Source of the DNA: an uncultured Candidatus Saccharibacteria bacterium | GTDB taxonomy: Bacteria; Patescibacteriota; Saccharimonadia; Saccharimonadales; JACDBH01 | Assembly: GCA_964431415.1 (NCBI GenBank) | Contig: CAYSJS010000003.1 | Location: forward strand, 36,422-100,421 | Direction of reading: 5' to 3' | DNA length: 64,000 nucleotides | Part shown: positions 48,505 through 58,731 of the stretch, one piece after another | How the letters are laid out: the number at the start of each line of letters is the position of its first letter | Numbering within the stretch: position 1 is the first letter of the stretch | The notes under the pieces: model-generated | The model's input: only the letters and a program-made list of their open reading frames with translations | Databases searched by the model: none | What the model was told of the DNA's origin: nothing | Translations under genes and position numbers: made by a program

Positions 48505-49272
48505 TTATCTTACTTGTGCAAGCACCATACTCAATACTTCATCCACGTGTCTGTCCACGACATAATCAGGTGCTTGAGCATCTAAAACGTAACTGCCAGT
48601 GATTGCTCCCGCGGCTTCAAAACGCGCTAGTCTTTGGTTATGAGCATCTTCTAACCAAGCATTTACCCGCTGGAGTTGTGTAGAGTTGTCAGTGTTCACT
48701 TCCCAAACTCCCCCTAGCGAAAGTTTGCCGACATTGGCTGGAATAGAGCGCTCCGATGGATGGTTTACCTTCAATGCCACCACATCCGCTCTTTCGTTGA
48801 AGGCGTCCGGCAATGGTACCCGTTCCAGATCACCAACAACAATAGCAAGACCGGTGTCGCATAGTTCGTCCAGCGACGGCTCACTATCTTCGCCCGTCAA
48901 CGTGACAATATCGAAACGATCAAATGACGGCATAATATCTTGAATTCCTTGAGCGATCGAGCGGCCGGCCTGACGTTTCATACCCGCTACCACCGGATGA
49001 TCACCTTTATTTTGCTCGTCAAGAACAATCCTTACCAATAACGGCGTCATAGGAAGCACCTTGCGCACCTGCTCAACACCTAGATATTCAGCCATCGGCG
49101 ATGAAAGATCGATTTGGTGTGCGCCATGGCGAAGTGGATCAAAATCCACACTTCCCACGTCCAGTCCCACAGAAGCAACTGTTTCATGCGGAAATTTATG
49201 CACACCGCCTGAATGACGAAAATGCGCTTCAAGGTCTTCTATTTGGTTGCGTGTGTTCGGGAAACGAACCAT
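48505..49272 (-). CDS. DUF58-family protein, the partner of a MoxR ATPase
   Basis: Positioned immediately 3' of the MoxR gene. The segment VGSVDFDPLRHGAHQIDL resembles the DUF58 G.G.EF..LR.Y..GD motif. The start is probably internal, because the ORF overlaps MoxR by 34 bp. Confidence 0.55.
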   Translation of the reverse strand: MVRFPNTRNQIEDLEAHFRHSGGVHKFPHETVASVGLDVGSVDFDPLRHGAHQIDLSSPMAEYLGVEQVRKVLPMTPLLVRIVLDEQNKGDHPVVAGMKRQAGRSIAQGIQDIMPSFDRFDIVTLTGEDSEPSLDELCDTGLAIVVGDLERVPLPDAFNERADVVALKVNHPSERSIPANVGKLSLGGVWEVNTDNSTQLQRVNAWLEDAHNQRLARFEAAGAITGSYVLDAQAPDYVVDRHVDEVLSMVLAQVR

Positions 49273-50330
49273 GACGCTCTCTCCTTTTCTGTCGCGCGGA
49301 CACTATCAAGAAGACTGTTAAACACAGCATGCGGGTCTTCTCTTACTTCGGTGGCACCTATATGAGCAACCATCTGGAACTTAAGTGCTTGTAGCGCGGT
49401 AGCTGCATTAATAACACTGCTTCCGCTCATAATAGCGAGAGCGCCTGCAATTCGCTTTATCTGCACAGCAGGACGACCAACAGCTTCTTTTATGCCACAC
49501 TCAGTCAAAAGATCGTGTGAGACTCTTACCATATGACCGATTCTAGTGAATTCTTCAGGCGAGACACCTATAGCCTCTGCTTGCATGCGATATCGCTGTA
49601 ACATTGTTGTATCTGTCACCGTTTTTATATCCTTGGGATTGCCTATCTCGCCTCTAAGTGCAGCGCCGATGATAGCGTTCTTTGTATTTGGATTATTGCC
49701 CATATCCACGCCAATACCCATACGCGAAACAAGCGCCGAACTCATGGGGTAAACCGTACGGTCGGTGCCGCGCGGATTAATTGCTAAGGCTGCAAAAATT
49801 AATTTTCTAAGCGCGACAATACCAGTGTTATTAACGATTTCCGAGCCCTCAAGAGCTCTGAATATTGCGCCAACAGCAGTGGGGTTAGCACGGTTTATTT
49901 CGTCAGCAATAACAACCTGAGTATCTGGGGTTAAAATACCTTCATATTCTATAGTTGTTGTCTCAGAACGTTCGGCGCCATCGGCCTCTTTTACGGCTTT
50001 ATCAGAAATATGTGTTCCACCGGTCATTTCTTTGCCAGTTAGGTCTGATTGTGGCGGAATAAAGGCACGACCATTTTCGCCGATACCGTCAATAAGCCGA
50101 TGCCCATGATCAAGCAGAACCGACTTACCGCCACCCGGGGGCCCTAGCAGTACCACCGGCAACCCAGAAATAGTTGCGGCAACATATCCGGCGATAGCCT
50201 CGTCTTCACCTACAAGTGCCCGTGACACTTGTTTGTACGCTCTTTCATAGTATTCCGCAGCGCTGGTGTTATAGTCACTATTCGGTACTACAGGTAACTG
50301 GCTAAACTGATTTTCGTGTGAAGTACTCAT
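49239..50330 (-). CDS. MoxR-family AAA+ ATPase
   Basis: Walker A LLGPPGGGKSVLL and DEINRANPTAVGAIFRALEG, the MoxR AAA_3 signature. Confidence 0.85.
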   Translation of the reverse strand: MSTSHENQFSQLPVVPNSDYNTSAAEYYERAYKQVSRALVGEDEAIAGYVAATISGLPVVLLGPPGGGKSVLLDHGHRLIDGIGENGRAFIPPQSDLTGKEMTGGTHISDKAVKEADGAERSETTTIEYEGILTPDTQVVIADEINRANPTAVGAIFRALEGSEIVNNTGIVALRKLIFAALAINPRGTDRTVYPMSSALVSRMGIGVDMGNNPNTKNAIIGAALRGEIGNPKDIKTVTDTTMLQRYRMQAEAIGVSPEEFTRIGHMVRVSHDLLTECGIKEAVGRPAVQIKRIAGALAIMSGSSVINAATALQALKFQMVAHIGATEVREDPHAVFNSLLDSVRATEKERASWFVSRTHATK

Positions 50331-50332
50331 GG

Positions 50333-51436
50333 TTATCTCCTTACTCTCTTACCGATAAGCGGCAAGCGGTTTATAAAACGATGCGTAGTCTTAGTGTTTC
50401 TTACTGTCAAATCACGAGCTCTAGGAAGTGCAGTGTTAAAAGTTGTTGTCAGTTTTGGTCTGGTCATTTTCCAACGTATAGCTGCTGCAAGGCTTAACGC
50501 GCCAACTATCATACGACCAACCCCGTTACCTTCTTGCTTCGCCTTCCGCGGCGTTGCGTCTAATTTTTCGGCAACTACGTTTAGATCCTCTTTAAGTCCA
50601 TCTTCGGTAGAAAAGCTTTCAGCGTCAAAATAGTTCCCACCGGTCAGTTCAGCAAGTTCTTTAAATTTATTAGCGTATTCGCCATCACCCGAAACGTCAA
50701 AGATAAATAGTGGCGTAGCAGCTGTTCCGAGTTGCGCTTCTGAGACAAGGCCCGAAAAGTCGTTGCCATTAGTCACTATAGCTACTCCGGTAAAAGGTAC
50801 TTCTTCTCCTGATAAAGCTGCACTGCGATCCAGCTGAGCATTTCCAACAGCAGTCTGGAACGCTTCAGCCATAGGCGCATGACCAATAGGTGTTGTCAGA
50901 ATAGCCTCCGATAAACTCTTCGGCTCAACAAGACCTTCGGAAGCTACTAACGCCTCCGCATCAGAGTGTATAAGTTGCGTTTCAATACCACCAACAACCG
51001 AACTTACAGACAGCGCAGGCATCTCGTTTTCGAGCATTGTAGCACCGGATCGATCCACGACTACCTGCAGAGTAGAAGGTGTTACTACCGGTTTATCAAA
51101 GTTGATCCACAAACTTGCGTTAGTCGCCCCAACGAGGCCTCCCCCAACAGCCGCCAACGATATAAGCGCACGCGGTATCTTTTGGCGTGCTTTTGGTGCA
51201 TTTTCCCCAGCTACCTGACCCCATATAGCTGTCAGGGAGTCACGATTACGATCTATACGAGTAAGCGACCGATACTCCATTGCGGCGCCTACCATGGCAC
51301 ATGCACCAGTCACGGCCATAAGCGATGGTACAGGATGGGCATTCACCAGTTCGGCCGCATGCTGAAAAGCATTAGACTCACTGGCTGCGAGTACCGCGCC
51401 CTGTACTAACTGAGATCGTTGCATCAATTCAGACAT
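50333..51436 (-). CDS. von Willebrand factor A (vWA) domain protein, BatA-like
   Basis: VVVDRSGATM is a MIDAS-like DxSxS variant. It has a TM segment and a C-terminal ELTGGNYFDA motif, and it is the first gene of the vWA-MoxR-DUF58 triad. Confidence 0.55.
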   Translation of the reverse strand: MSELMQRSQLVQGAVLAASESNAFQHAAELVNAHPVPSLMAVTGACAMVGAAMEYRSLTRIDRNRDSLTAIWGQVAGENAPKARQKIPRALISLAAVGGGLVGATNASLWINFDKPVVTPSTLQVVVDRSGATMLENEMPALSVSSVVGGIETQLIHSDAEALVASEGLVEPKSLSEAILTTPIGHAPMAEAFQTAVGNAQLDRSAALSGEEVPFTGVAIVTNGNDFSGLVSEAQLGTAATPLFIFDVSGDGEYANKFKELAELTGGNYFDAESFSTEDGLKEDLNVVAEKLDATPRKAKQEGNGVGRMIVGALSLAAAIRWKMTRPKLTTTFNTALPRARDLTVRNTKTTHRFINRLPLIGKRVRR

Positions 51437-51486
51437 GACAGTATACTATCATGTTTTTGCAAAAAAAGCAAGTACTTATGCTTATT

Positions 51487-53634
51487 TTAATTCTTAACTT
51501 CTACCGTACTGCGGGGTAAAGAGAACCCGAAGGTACTCCCCTTGCCCTCTTCACTTTCAAAAATTATGCTGCCGCCCTGTGCCACAACAACTTTTTTCGC
51601 CATAAACAGCCCGAGACCGGTGCCATCCGGACGCGCTTTTTTAGCATTTCCTGCCCGATAAAACTTCGTAAATAAGTGGTGCTGCTCACTCTTTGGCACA
51701 CCAAGACCATCATCTATCACCTTGTATTCAATCGCTTTGTCGGAAGCACGAAGCTCTACGCGGATATGTCCGCCTGACGGCGTGTAATAGATGGCGTTGT
51801 CCATAAAGTTCATAATCACTTGACGGGTTTTCATTTCGTCTATGTTTAGCATCGGGAAGTCAGACGGCTTTTCGTATGTTAGCTCAAGATCATGCATTTT
51901 TGCCGTTTCTTTAAGCTGACTCACCTCTGCCTCAACTACATCCGCTAACTGAGTAGGTGCAGCCTGAATGACAAATTTACCCGTCCGCAACCGGGATACA
52001 TTCAAGAGGTCGGCGATCAAGTAGACCATGCGTTGACTGCTGCCATATGCTTGTTCCAAAAGATCACGCTGGTCGGCGGTAATTTTGCCCGCATCGCCGT
52101 CAAGTACCATGCTCACATAGCCTTTTACAGAGGTGAGCGGCGTGCGTAGCTGGTGTGAAGCCATGCTGATAAACTCGTCTTTTGCCTCATCGAGCGCCTT
52201 CAGTTTTTCGTTTGTCTTCCGCAGCTCCTTGGTGGCATCGGCCACTTTTTGCTGCAGCGTACTGTTAAACTGCTGAATTTCTTCAAAGCTAATAGCGTTT
52301 TGTATCGCAATACTTAACTCGTTCGCACACAGGACCATAATTCTCTTATCTTGATCGTTATACGGGTTACCGCTTTTTTTAGGGCCTACGAGAATCATGT
52401 TGTTCATTGACTTCTGCTTAGAGTCAACCACACCCACGGCAACAGATATATTTTTGTCATCGAAAGCTTGCTTTAAATCATGTTCATTTGCAGCAATATC
52501 GTCTATTGAAAGCACTGTCGTACGTGAAGTAAACCTGTTTTTTATGAGAGCATAGTCACTGGTTGAAATATCTAAGAATTTAGTTCCAATCTCTCTTCTT
52601 TTTGTCTCGTTCGTAACGACAAATACGCAGTATTCTGCTTTCAAGTTTCCCGAAATAACACGTGCAACTTTATTTAAAAGAACATTCAAATCAATTGTAG
52701 TAACTAGCACACCATTGAGTTGATCCATAAAGATTTGGGGATCATAGTTGTCTCGATAAAATATCCGGTCGCTTATCCGGTCAAAAAAGTTTCTAAGCGG
52801 CTGCAGGGTCAAAGAAAGAAAGACGGCGGCACCTACATACACAACCCTATGCATGTTATCTACGTTATTACTACCAAGAAAGTATGACGCCGCACCAAAA
52901 ACAACCGCACCATACATTACACCGATAGCAGACAATGTAAGGATGTACCCTACCGATCTCGCCACCACAAGCCTAATGTCGAACAGTCTGTGCTTTACGA
53001 TTGCATATGCCACCATCCCTACAAGCGCAAGCGAGAATACTGGACCAAAGCGTGAACTAGACCAGTCGTTCACGAATAACGGTACAAGTACGTTTGAAAT
53101 TACTGCAAAGAATGCATATATAAACACTCCGGAAGAGACAAGTATGACCTGTTGTCTTTGTCTGGCATCTGCAGCGTGTTTAATTTGCGATGCCATCACA
53201 TAAACCAGCAAGATAAGTGCGAGTGAGGCGTAAAGAATAAAACTTAAATATAAACCTTCAGTTTCTATTGTTGTCTCAGTTACCGAACTTATAAAATAGT
53301 TGGTGAAAACAACTGGGATAAGCAAAACTGTAAAAATCATATAAGCACGCATGGGCAGACTTCGTACTATTTTGTTTTCTTTAGGAAAATAAGAGACAAA
53401 GCTCAGCAACCCGCAAGCCGTTAATATGCCCCCCAGAAAAACAAGTCTTGTAAGTAGTAAACTAGTCGGACGAATACCCGACAAATAGTTAAAAACCGTC
53501 CATGAGGTGGTAGCAAACGCAAGAAAGGCAAAAAGCTGATTAACCTTTTGCCTAGGGTTTCGAGACAAAATGATCAACGCAAGTAGAACTATTAGAGCGC
53601 CGCACAGTATAATCAAGACTAAATCAAGCAGCAT
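51487..53634 (-). CDS. Sensor histidine kinase with a multi-pass (about 7-8 TM) N-terminal membrane domain, a central GAF/PAS-like region, and HisKA plus HATPase_c domains
   Basis: H-box SHQLRTPLTSVKGY. N, G1 and G2 boxes (MNFMDNAIYYT, DDGLGV, GTGLGL). An N-terminal 350 aa of hydrophobic helices. Confidence 0.8.
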   Translation of the reverse strand: MLLDLVLIILCGALIVLLALIILSRNPRQKVNQLFAFLAFATTSWTVFNYLSGIRPTSLLLTRLVFLGGILTACGLLSFVSYFPKENKIVRSLPMRAYMIFTVLLIPVVFTNYFISSVTETTIETEGLYLSFILYASLALILLVYVMASQIKHAADARQRQQVILVSSGVFIYAFFAVISNVLVPLFVNDWSSSRFGPVFSLALVGMVAYAIVKHRLFDIRLVVARSVGYILTLSAIGVMYGAVVFGAASYFLGSNNVDNMHRVVYVGAAVFLSLTLQPLRNFFDRISDRIFYRDNYDPQIFMDQLNGVLVTTIDLNVLLNKVARVISGNLKAEYCVFVVTNETKRREIGTKFLDISTSDYALIKNRFTSRTTVLSIDDIAANEHDLKQAFDDKNISVAVGVVDSKQKSMNNMILVGPKKSGNPYNDQDKRIMVLCANELSIAIQNAISFEEIQQFNSTLQQKVADATKELRKTNEKLKALDEAKDEFISMASHQLRTPLTSVKGYVSMVLDGDAGKITADQRDLLEQAYGSSQRMVYLIADLLNVSRLRTGKFVIQAAPTQLADVVEAEVSQLKETAKMHDLELTYEKPSDFPMLNIDEMKTRQVIMNFMDNAIYYTPSGGHIRVELRASDKAIEYKVIDDGLGVPKSEQHHLFTKFYRAGNAKKARPDGTGLGLFMAKKVVVAQGGSIIFESEEGKGSTFGFSLPRSTVEVKN

Positions 53635-53809
53635 GCGCTATCTCACGCTTATGGTTATGTTGCATAGTCTAAGTATAAGCTTTTTTATTTTTTTTTAACA
53701 ACAAAAACAAAATCATATTAACTTGCAGTTATGATGGACTTGGGAATATTATGTGTAGCAATGTGCAGCTAATAAAAATAAATATCCGCAACAACACGAA
53801 AGGTCGCTG

Positions 53810-54715
53810 ATGATTGCCAGGTTCCCGGACTTTTCTACAATAAGAATCGAGCATAAAGAAGAAATAAATAATTTTACGTTTAATTTTGAGCCCTACTCTG
53901 ACTCCAGTTTTGTAAATCTTTTTGCCTGGAATGTTGATAACTCGGCGAGCCTAAGCTGGTTAAACGGTAATTTGATAATCAGACTACCGGATTATATTGA
54001 AAAGGGTCGCTATGTTTACTCACTTATCGGGATAAATGACCTCGACACTACTGTAGAAACGCTTCTCTCTTACTTTCCCCTACTAAGCCTTGTCCCACAG
54101 ATCGTAATAAATAACTTAAAGAGCCCGGAAAAGTACGCAATCGCTGAGGACAGAGACAATTTCGATTATTTATATAAAATAGATGATCTTGCATCGCTCC
54201 AGGGTTCAGAGTATAGAAAAAAAAGACAGAAGGTAAACCGAACCCACGAGACACTAAAAGATCGCCTTGAGCTCAGCACTCAAACGCACATAAACAATGC
54301 CCTGAGAAAAGAAATGGAAGACGTATTAGCAAGATGGCAAGTCCAAACCGAACAACCAATAGATAGGATAGAGCTTGAAGGAATGGCATTAAGGAGATTG
54401 TTGGATCATTTTTACTTTTTCGACCTGCATATAACCACCTGCCGGATTGACGGTAGGCTTGAGGGTTTTTCCATAAACGAGGTGCTCGACGAAGCATTTT
54501 CAATCTGTCATTTCGAAAAATCAATCACAAGCGAACACGACGGAACGGGATCGGTACTTATAAACCACGCAGCCAAATCACTCTCCCCACTTTCAACAAT
54601 AGTGAACTGGGAACAGGATTTGGGAATACCTGGACTAAAAAAATCTAAACTTTCCTATAAGCCTATTAAGTACCATCGAAAATACTGGATCAGTAGAGGC
54701 GAAGCGATCCAATAG
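53810..54715 (+). CDS. DUF2156-like protein (MprF C-terminal / FemAB-like acyltransferase-fold family)
   Basis: N-terminal FNFEPYSDSSFVNLFAWN and the overall size are typical of DUF2156. This is from memory of the family. Confidence 0.45.
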   Translation: MIARFPDFSTIRIEHKEEINNFTFNFEPYSDSSFVNLFAWNVDNSASLSWLNGNLIIRLPDYIEKGRYVYSLIGINDLDTTVETLLSYFPLLSLVPQIVINNLKSPEKYAIAEDRDNFDYLYKIDDLASLQGSEYRKKRQKVNRTHETLKDRLELSTQTHINNALRKEMEDVLARWQVQTEQPIDRIELEGMALRRLLDHFYFFDLHITTCRIDGRLEGFSINEVLDEAFSICHFEKSITSEHDGTGSVLINHAAKSLSPLSTIVNWEQDLGIPGLKKSKLSYKPIKYHRKYWISRGEAIQ

Positions 54716-54728
54716 ACAATAAAACCGT

Positions 54729-55523
54729 CTAATACTCTACGACAGGCAGCTTGAAACCTATCAAGTCCATTAGGTTCTTAAAATTTTCATCAATAGGTAT
54801 TACTAGTGGCTTAGATACAACACCTAGTTCTTCTTCTTCAGTCGTAAAGGTGTCTCTGCCCAGCAGTGGCTCGGTAGCAAAACCATTTCTTTGAAGAGAC
54901 CTTACTTGTTTGCTGTTCGCCGTCGCTATTACTATCGTCCTCCCTACTTCAGAGTCTTCCCTAATAAGCTTGCTATAAAGCTCAAGATAGGCAAGCTGCG
55001 CACTGTTCAGGTAGTTGTACGGCGGCATAGGATCATCAGGGTGAATTCTAAAGTTAGTTTCAGCACATAAAGATTTACGGAGGTCGATTCCTTGAGCAGC
55101 GTAATATCCAAGAAAATCTGCCGCACTAAAGTTTCCTAGCTCAATTAAACTATCAATGGTATAGATACCGGTTCTATTTGCCTCGATTACTTCTTCATCA
55201 CTTACATCGGAGAGCCGAGTGGTGGTAGCGGCATGTACAACTCGTTTTTGCCCTTCTCGCGTGTCAATAAGTAGAAGTATCTCCTGGGCAGCATCATACT
55301 CAGGATCAAGATCTGCAACCTCTGGGAAATAGCTAGCCTCATGGGTACGAGAGATATTGGCATAAGGATGCAACGGATTTATCCATGCAGCCACTACTTG
55401 GTCAGGAAATTGTTCTGCGGTTCGCTCAACCACTTCGGCTTCTAATGATGCAAGTTCTTCGGGATCGAGAAAATAGTTTGGCTCCACTTGCAAACCGTTC
55501 GGGTACTCTCCATTTACAGACAT
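54729..55523 (-). CDS. Hypothetical cytoplasmic protein (264 aa)
   Basis: Long ORF with protein-like composition and no motif recognised. It forms a two-gene unit with the next ORF. Confidence 0.4.
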   Translation of the reverse strand: MSVNGEYPNGLQVEPNYFLDPEELASLEAEVVERTAEQFPDQVVAAWINPLHPYANISRTHEASYFPEVADLDPEYDAAQEILLLIDTREGQKRVVHAATTTRLSDVSDEEVIEANRTGIYTIDSLIELGNFSAADFLGYYAAQGIDLRKSLCAETNFRIHPDDPMPPYNYLNSAQLAYLELYSKLIREDSEVGRTIVIATANSKQVRSLQRNGFATEPLLGRDTFTTEEEELGVVSKPLVIPIDENFKNLMDLIGFKLPVVEY

Positions 55524-55528
55524 AGCTA

Positions 55529-56353
55529 TTACTCCTTAGCCCCTTTATTTAACTTAAACCTATTGAGCGCCCTTTTCCCCAGACCAGCTAAACAGCCAAG
55601 TGCAGCGAAAGTAGGAACTGCAACTTTTGGTTCTGTAATATTGGTTGCACCCTCCGCAATAAGCACGCCCTGAACAGCAACTGCACCCGTAAGCATCACA
55701 CTTGCCATCATACCCCTTTTTATATTTTCTCTTTTTGTCCGCTCGGGCTCTTCTCTATGGGTTGCAGCCAGCATCGCAGGCACGCCAATGTAGTTAGATA
55801 TTACTGCCTTACCTAATACGCCCAGACGTCTGGACCTATCGATTCTTTTATCTATTTCATCGTTGATTTTTCTTAAAAACTTACTTTCATTACGCTCAAG
55901 CACATCAGCTACTGCATAAACGCCCGCCCCTTCAGTAAGCAAGGTTGATCCCGCAAGATATCCTACACTCATAGGTACACTGCCGGTTCCTTTAAGAATT
56001 GCAAGAAAACCACCATACCTAACTGGTCCAGCTCCCAGTTCTACCGCAATTGCAGCTTTTCTAGCCACATTCTTCAACTTGGACCATTTTTCAATGTCGG
56101 AGGAAACAGGTGATGCTACTCCCACAATATTGCTCTCACGCTCACCGTCAGAATGGTCAAGAGAAGAATCGTTAACACCTCCTACAGTACCTTCATTCAC
56201 CAATATGATATTTACAGACTCGCCACCCCATAACGGAGCCTCAGAAAGCTCAGCAGCTGCTACAATACCGTCAGACTCAGCGCCAGTAAAGACAGGTTCT
56301 TGCAATTCGTTTTCTTCAATAAAGAGTCGCGGATGGACAGGATCATTGTTCAT
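55529..56353 (-). CDS. Hypothetical protein (274 aa) with a Gly/Ala-rich C-terminal half and possible membrane association
   Basis: Long ORF with no motif recognised. Hydrophobic stretches occur in the C-terminal part. Confidence 0.4.
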   Translation of the reverse strand: MNNDPVHPRLFIEENELQEPVFTGAESDGIVAAAELSEAPLWGGESVNIILVNEGTVGGVNDSSLDHSDGERESNIVGVASPVSSDIEKWSKLKNVARKAAIAVELGAGPVRYGGFLAILKGTGSVPMSVGYLAGSTLLTEGAGVYAVADVLERNESKFLRKINDEIDKRIDRSRRLGVLGKAVISNYIGVPAMLAATHREEPERTKRENIKRGMMASVMLTGAVAVQGVLIAEGATNITEPKVAVPTFAALGCLAGLGKRALNRFKLNKGAKE

Positions 56354-56428
56354 AGTTTATATATTATACACTATTTTATGTTTTTGTAAAGTGTTTTTTG
56401 AATACGCTCTCAGTGTATACTAAACATT

Positions 56429-56797
56429 ATGACGAAAATTGCAATTGTTGAAGATGATGTTGCTATCGCCCAGATGTACGGCATTAAGTTTGAATCCGAG
56501 GGTTATATTGTCCAAACAGCAGAAAATGGTCGCCTCGGTTTAGAACTTATCGAAAAGATGCGGCCCGACATTGTGCTGCTTGACCTCATGATGCCCGAAA
56601 TGAATGGCGACGAAATGCTTGCTAAAATGCGCGCTACCGACTGGGGCAAAGACATTAAAGTTATTATCCTGACTAACATGGGCGAACAAGAAGCGCCCGA
56701 GATCTTAAGAACACTAAATGTTTCGGCATTCGTCGTGAAAGCCGACTTCACGCCAAAGCAAGTAGCCGAACTAGTAAAAGCTAAGTTAGCAGCATAG
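56429..56797 (+). CDS. Stand-alone response-regulator receiver (CheY-like) protein
   Basis: KIAIVEDD start, phospho-acceptor Asp context IVLLDLMMP, and the conserved T/K (IILTN...K). Confidence 0.85.
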   Translation: MTKIAIVEDDVAIAQMYGIKFESEGYIVQTAENGRLGLELIEKMRPDIVLLDLMMPEMNGDEMLAKMRATDWGKDIKVIILTNMGEQEAPEILRTLNVSAFVVKADFTPKQVAELVKAKLAA

Positions 56798-56801
56798 GTA
56801 T

Positions 56802-58097
56802 ATGAAAGCAGCTATTGTTGGCTACGCTACCGAGGGAATTACCTCCGCGGCATACTGGCATAAAAAAGGGTATGAGGTAACAGTCTGCGATCAAAACGCT
56901 GAGCTCAAAGTGCCGGATGTGTATCAAAAGAAGTTGGGCGATGAATACCTTAGTGGACTGGGTGAGTATGACGTTATCGTGCGCTCGGCAGGCATCCACC
57001 CCCGCCTACTGCTTGCTCAAAATCCAGGAATCGAAACAAAAATTACGACTAACATCGAGGAATTCCTGCGGGTTTCGCCTACCAGAAATCTCATAGGTGT
57101 CACTGGCACCAAAGGAAAAGGTACTACCTCAACGTTAATAACAAAGATGCTAAGCGAAGCGGGCTATACGACTCACCTGGTCGGTAATATTGGGCAACCT
57201 CCCCTGGAGCTCATCGAAACCATTACGCCAGACGACTGGGTAGTGCTTGAGATCTCTAGCTTCCAGCTCGAAAATTTTAAAGGCCCATCACCCCATATAG
57301 CCGTCTGTCTAATGGTTGTTCCGGAGCACCTGAACTGGCACGCTTCTATGGACGAATATACCGCCGCCAAAGGCAATCTCTTCCGCTACCAGACCGAGAG
57401 CGACTACGCCATTTACTTTGCAGAAAATGACACCTCGGCTCGCATCGCTGGCAGCGGCAAAGCCAAGCAGCTGCCGTACTTCCGCCAGCCCGGTGCGTAT
57501 GTACATGAAGATTATATTGAAATCGAAGATGTAAAAGTGTGCAAAGTGTCGGAGATTAAGCTTCGCGGTAAACATAACTGGCAGAACGCCTGCGCAGCCG
57601 TTACAGCCGTCTGGCAGGTAACACCCGATGTTGAGGCGATACAAAAGGTATTAAAAACATTTAGCGGGCTAGAGCATCGTATTGAGTTTGTGCGCGAGCT
57701 GGACGGCGTTTCTTATTTTGACGACTCATTTGCGACAACTCCAGAAACATCCATTGCAGCCATGCAGGCCTTTAGCGAGCCAAAAGTTGTTATCCTTGGC
57801 GGATCAGACAAGGGCATACCACTCGATCCAATTGCTGATGAAGTAATAAAAAGTAACGTCAAACGGGTTATCGCCATCGGCGACATGGGAGCGGTTATTG
57901 AAAAGTTACTTAAAGATCGCAAATTTGATGCCATTACAACAGGTATAACTACCATGACCGAAATGGTTGCCGAGGCCAGACGCTTTGCTGCACCGGGTGA
58001 TGTCGTGTTACTTTCCACCGGCTGTGCGAGTTTTGGACTTTTTAAAGATTACAAAGACCGCGGCAATCAGTTTAAAGCTGCTGTTCAAGCATTGTAG
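56802..58097 (+). CDS. murD: UDP-N-acetylmuramoyl-L-alanine--D-glutamate ligase
   Basis: GVTGTKGKGTTSTL P-loop and the Mur ligase middle and C-terminal domains. Confidence 0.9.
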   Translation: MKAAIVGYATEGITSAAYWHKKGYEVTVCDQNAELKVPDVYQKKLGDEYLSGLGEYDVIVRSAGIHPRLLLAQNPGIETKITTNIEEFLRVSPTRNLIGVTGTKGKGTTSTLITKMLSEAGYTTHLVGNIGQPPLELIETITPDDWVVLEISSFQLENFKGPSPHIAVCLMVVPEHLNWHASMDEYTAAKGNLFRYQTESDYAIYFAENDTSARIAGSGKAKQLPYFRQPGAYVHEDYIEIEDVKVCKVSEIKLRGKHNWQNACAAVTAVWQVTPDVEAIQKVLKTFSGLEHRIEFVRELDGVSYFDDSFATTPETSIAAMQAFSEPKVVILGGSDKGIPLDPIADEVIKSNVKRVIAIGDMGAVIEKLLKDRKFDAITTGITTMTEMVAEARRFAAPGDVVLLSTGCASFGLFKDYKDRGNQFKAAVQAL

Positions 58098-58731
58098 CAA
58101 GCCGGCTTAAGAGCGCCCGCTCGGGCTGAATCACTAACACGTCTTTCCCGGCAAGCCGCATAATGAGCCCATCTATCCAGTGATAATGCGTACAGCCAAG
58201 CACCAGCACGTCGACCCCAGCGGATAGCGCTTCCTGGACACCTCTTTCTACCTCATCAAGGTTTACCCTGTTCTCTTCAATCATAAGTGCCCACTGACTA
58301 CAGTCCGGCTCCACTATTTTCTTCCCTTGGGCATAGGTCTCTACCAGCCACGCATATCGCTTGCTGCGCAAGGTAGCGGGCGTTGCAAAAACCCCGATCA
58401 CCCCAGTTTTTGTAGCTTCCGCCGCCGGTTTGATCATCGGTTCGGTTGCGATTAACGGAACGTGTATAACAGCACGAAGCTCTTCAATACAATTGGTCGA
58501 AACGGTATTGCACGCAATTACAATCACCTCACAGCCGGCCTGAGCCATGTCTTCTAGTATTGGACGCACCAGCGTAAAGAGCTGCTCCGGGGTCTTGGTC
58601 CCATACGGCAGATTGTCCCGGTCCTCTCGCAAGAGCACCTCGCAGTCCGGAAAAGCTTTTTCGATTGCCCGTGCGACCGACAACCCTCCTACACCCGAGT
58701 CGAATACGCCTATTTTGGTTGGGCGGTTCAT
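58072..58731 (-). CDS. murI: Glutamate racemase
   Basis: IGVFDSGVGGLSV start. Two catalytic Cys contexts (IACNT, LGCTHY). Confidence 0.9.
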   Translation of the reverse strand: MNRPTKIGVFDSGVGGLSVARAIEKAFPDCEVLLREDRDNLPYGTKTPEQLFTLVRPILEDMAQAGCEVIVIACNTVSTNCIEELRAVIHVPLIATEPMIKPAAEATKTGVIGVFATPATLRSKRYAWLVETYAQGKKIVEPDCSQWALMIEENRVNLDEVERGVQEALSAGVDVLVLGCTHYHWIDGLIMRLAGKDVLVIQPERALLSRLATMLEQQL

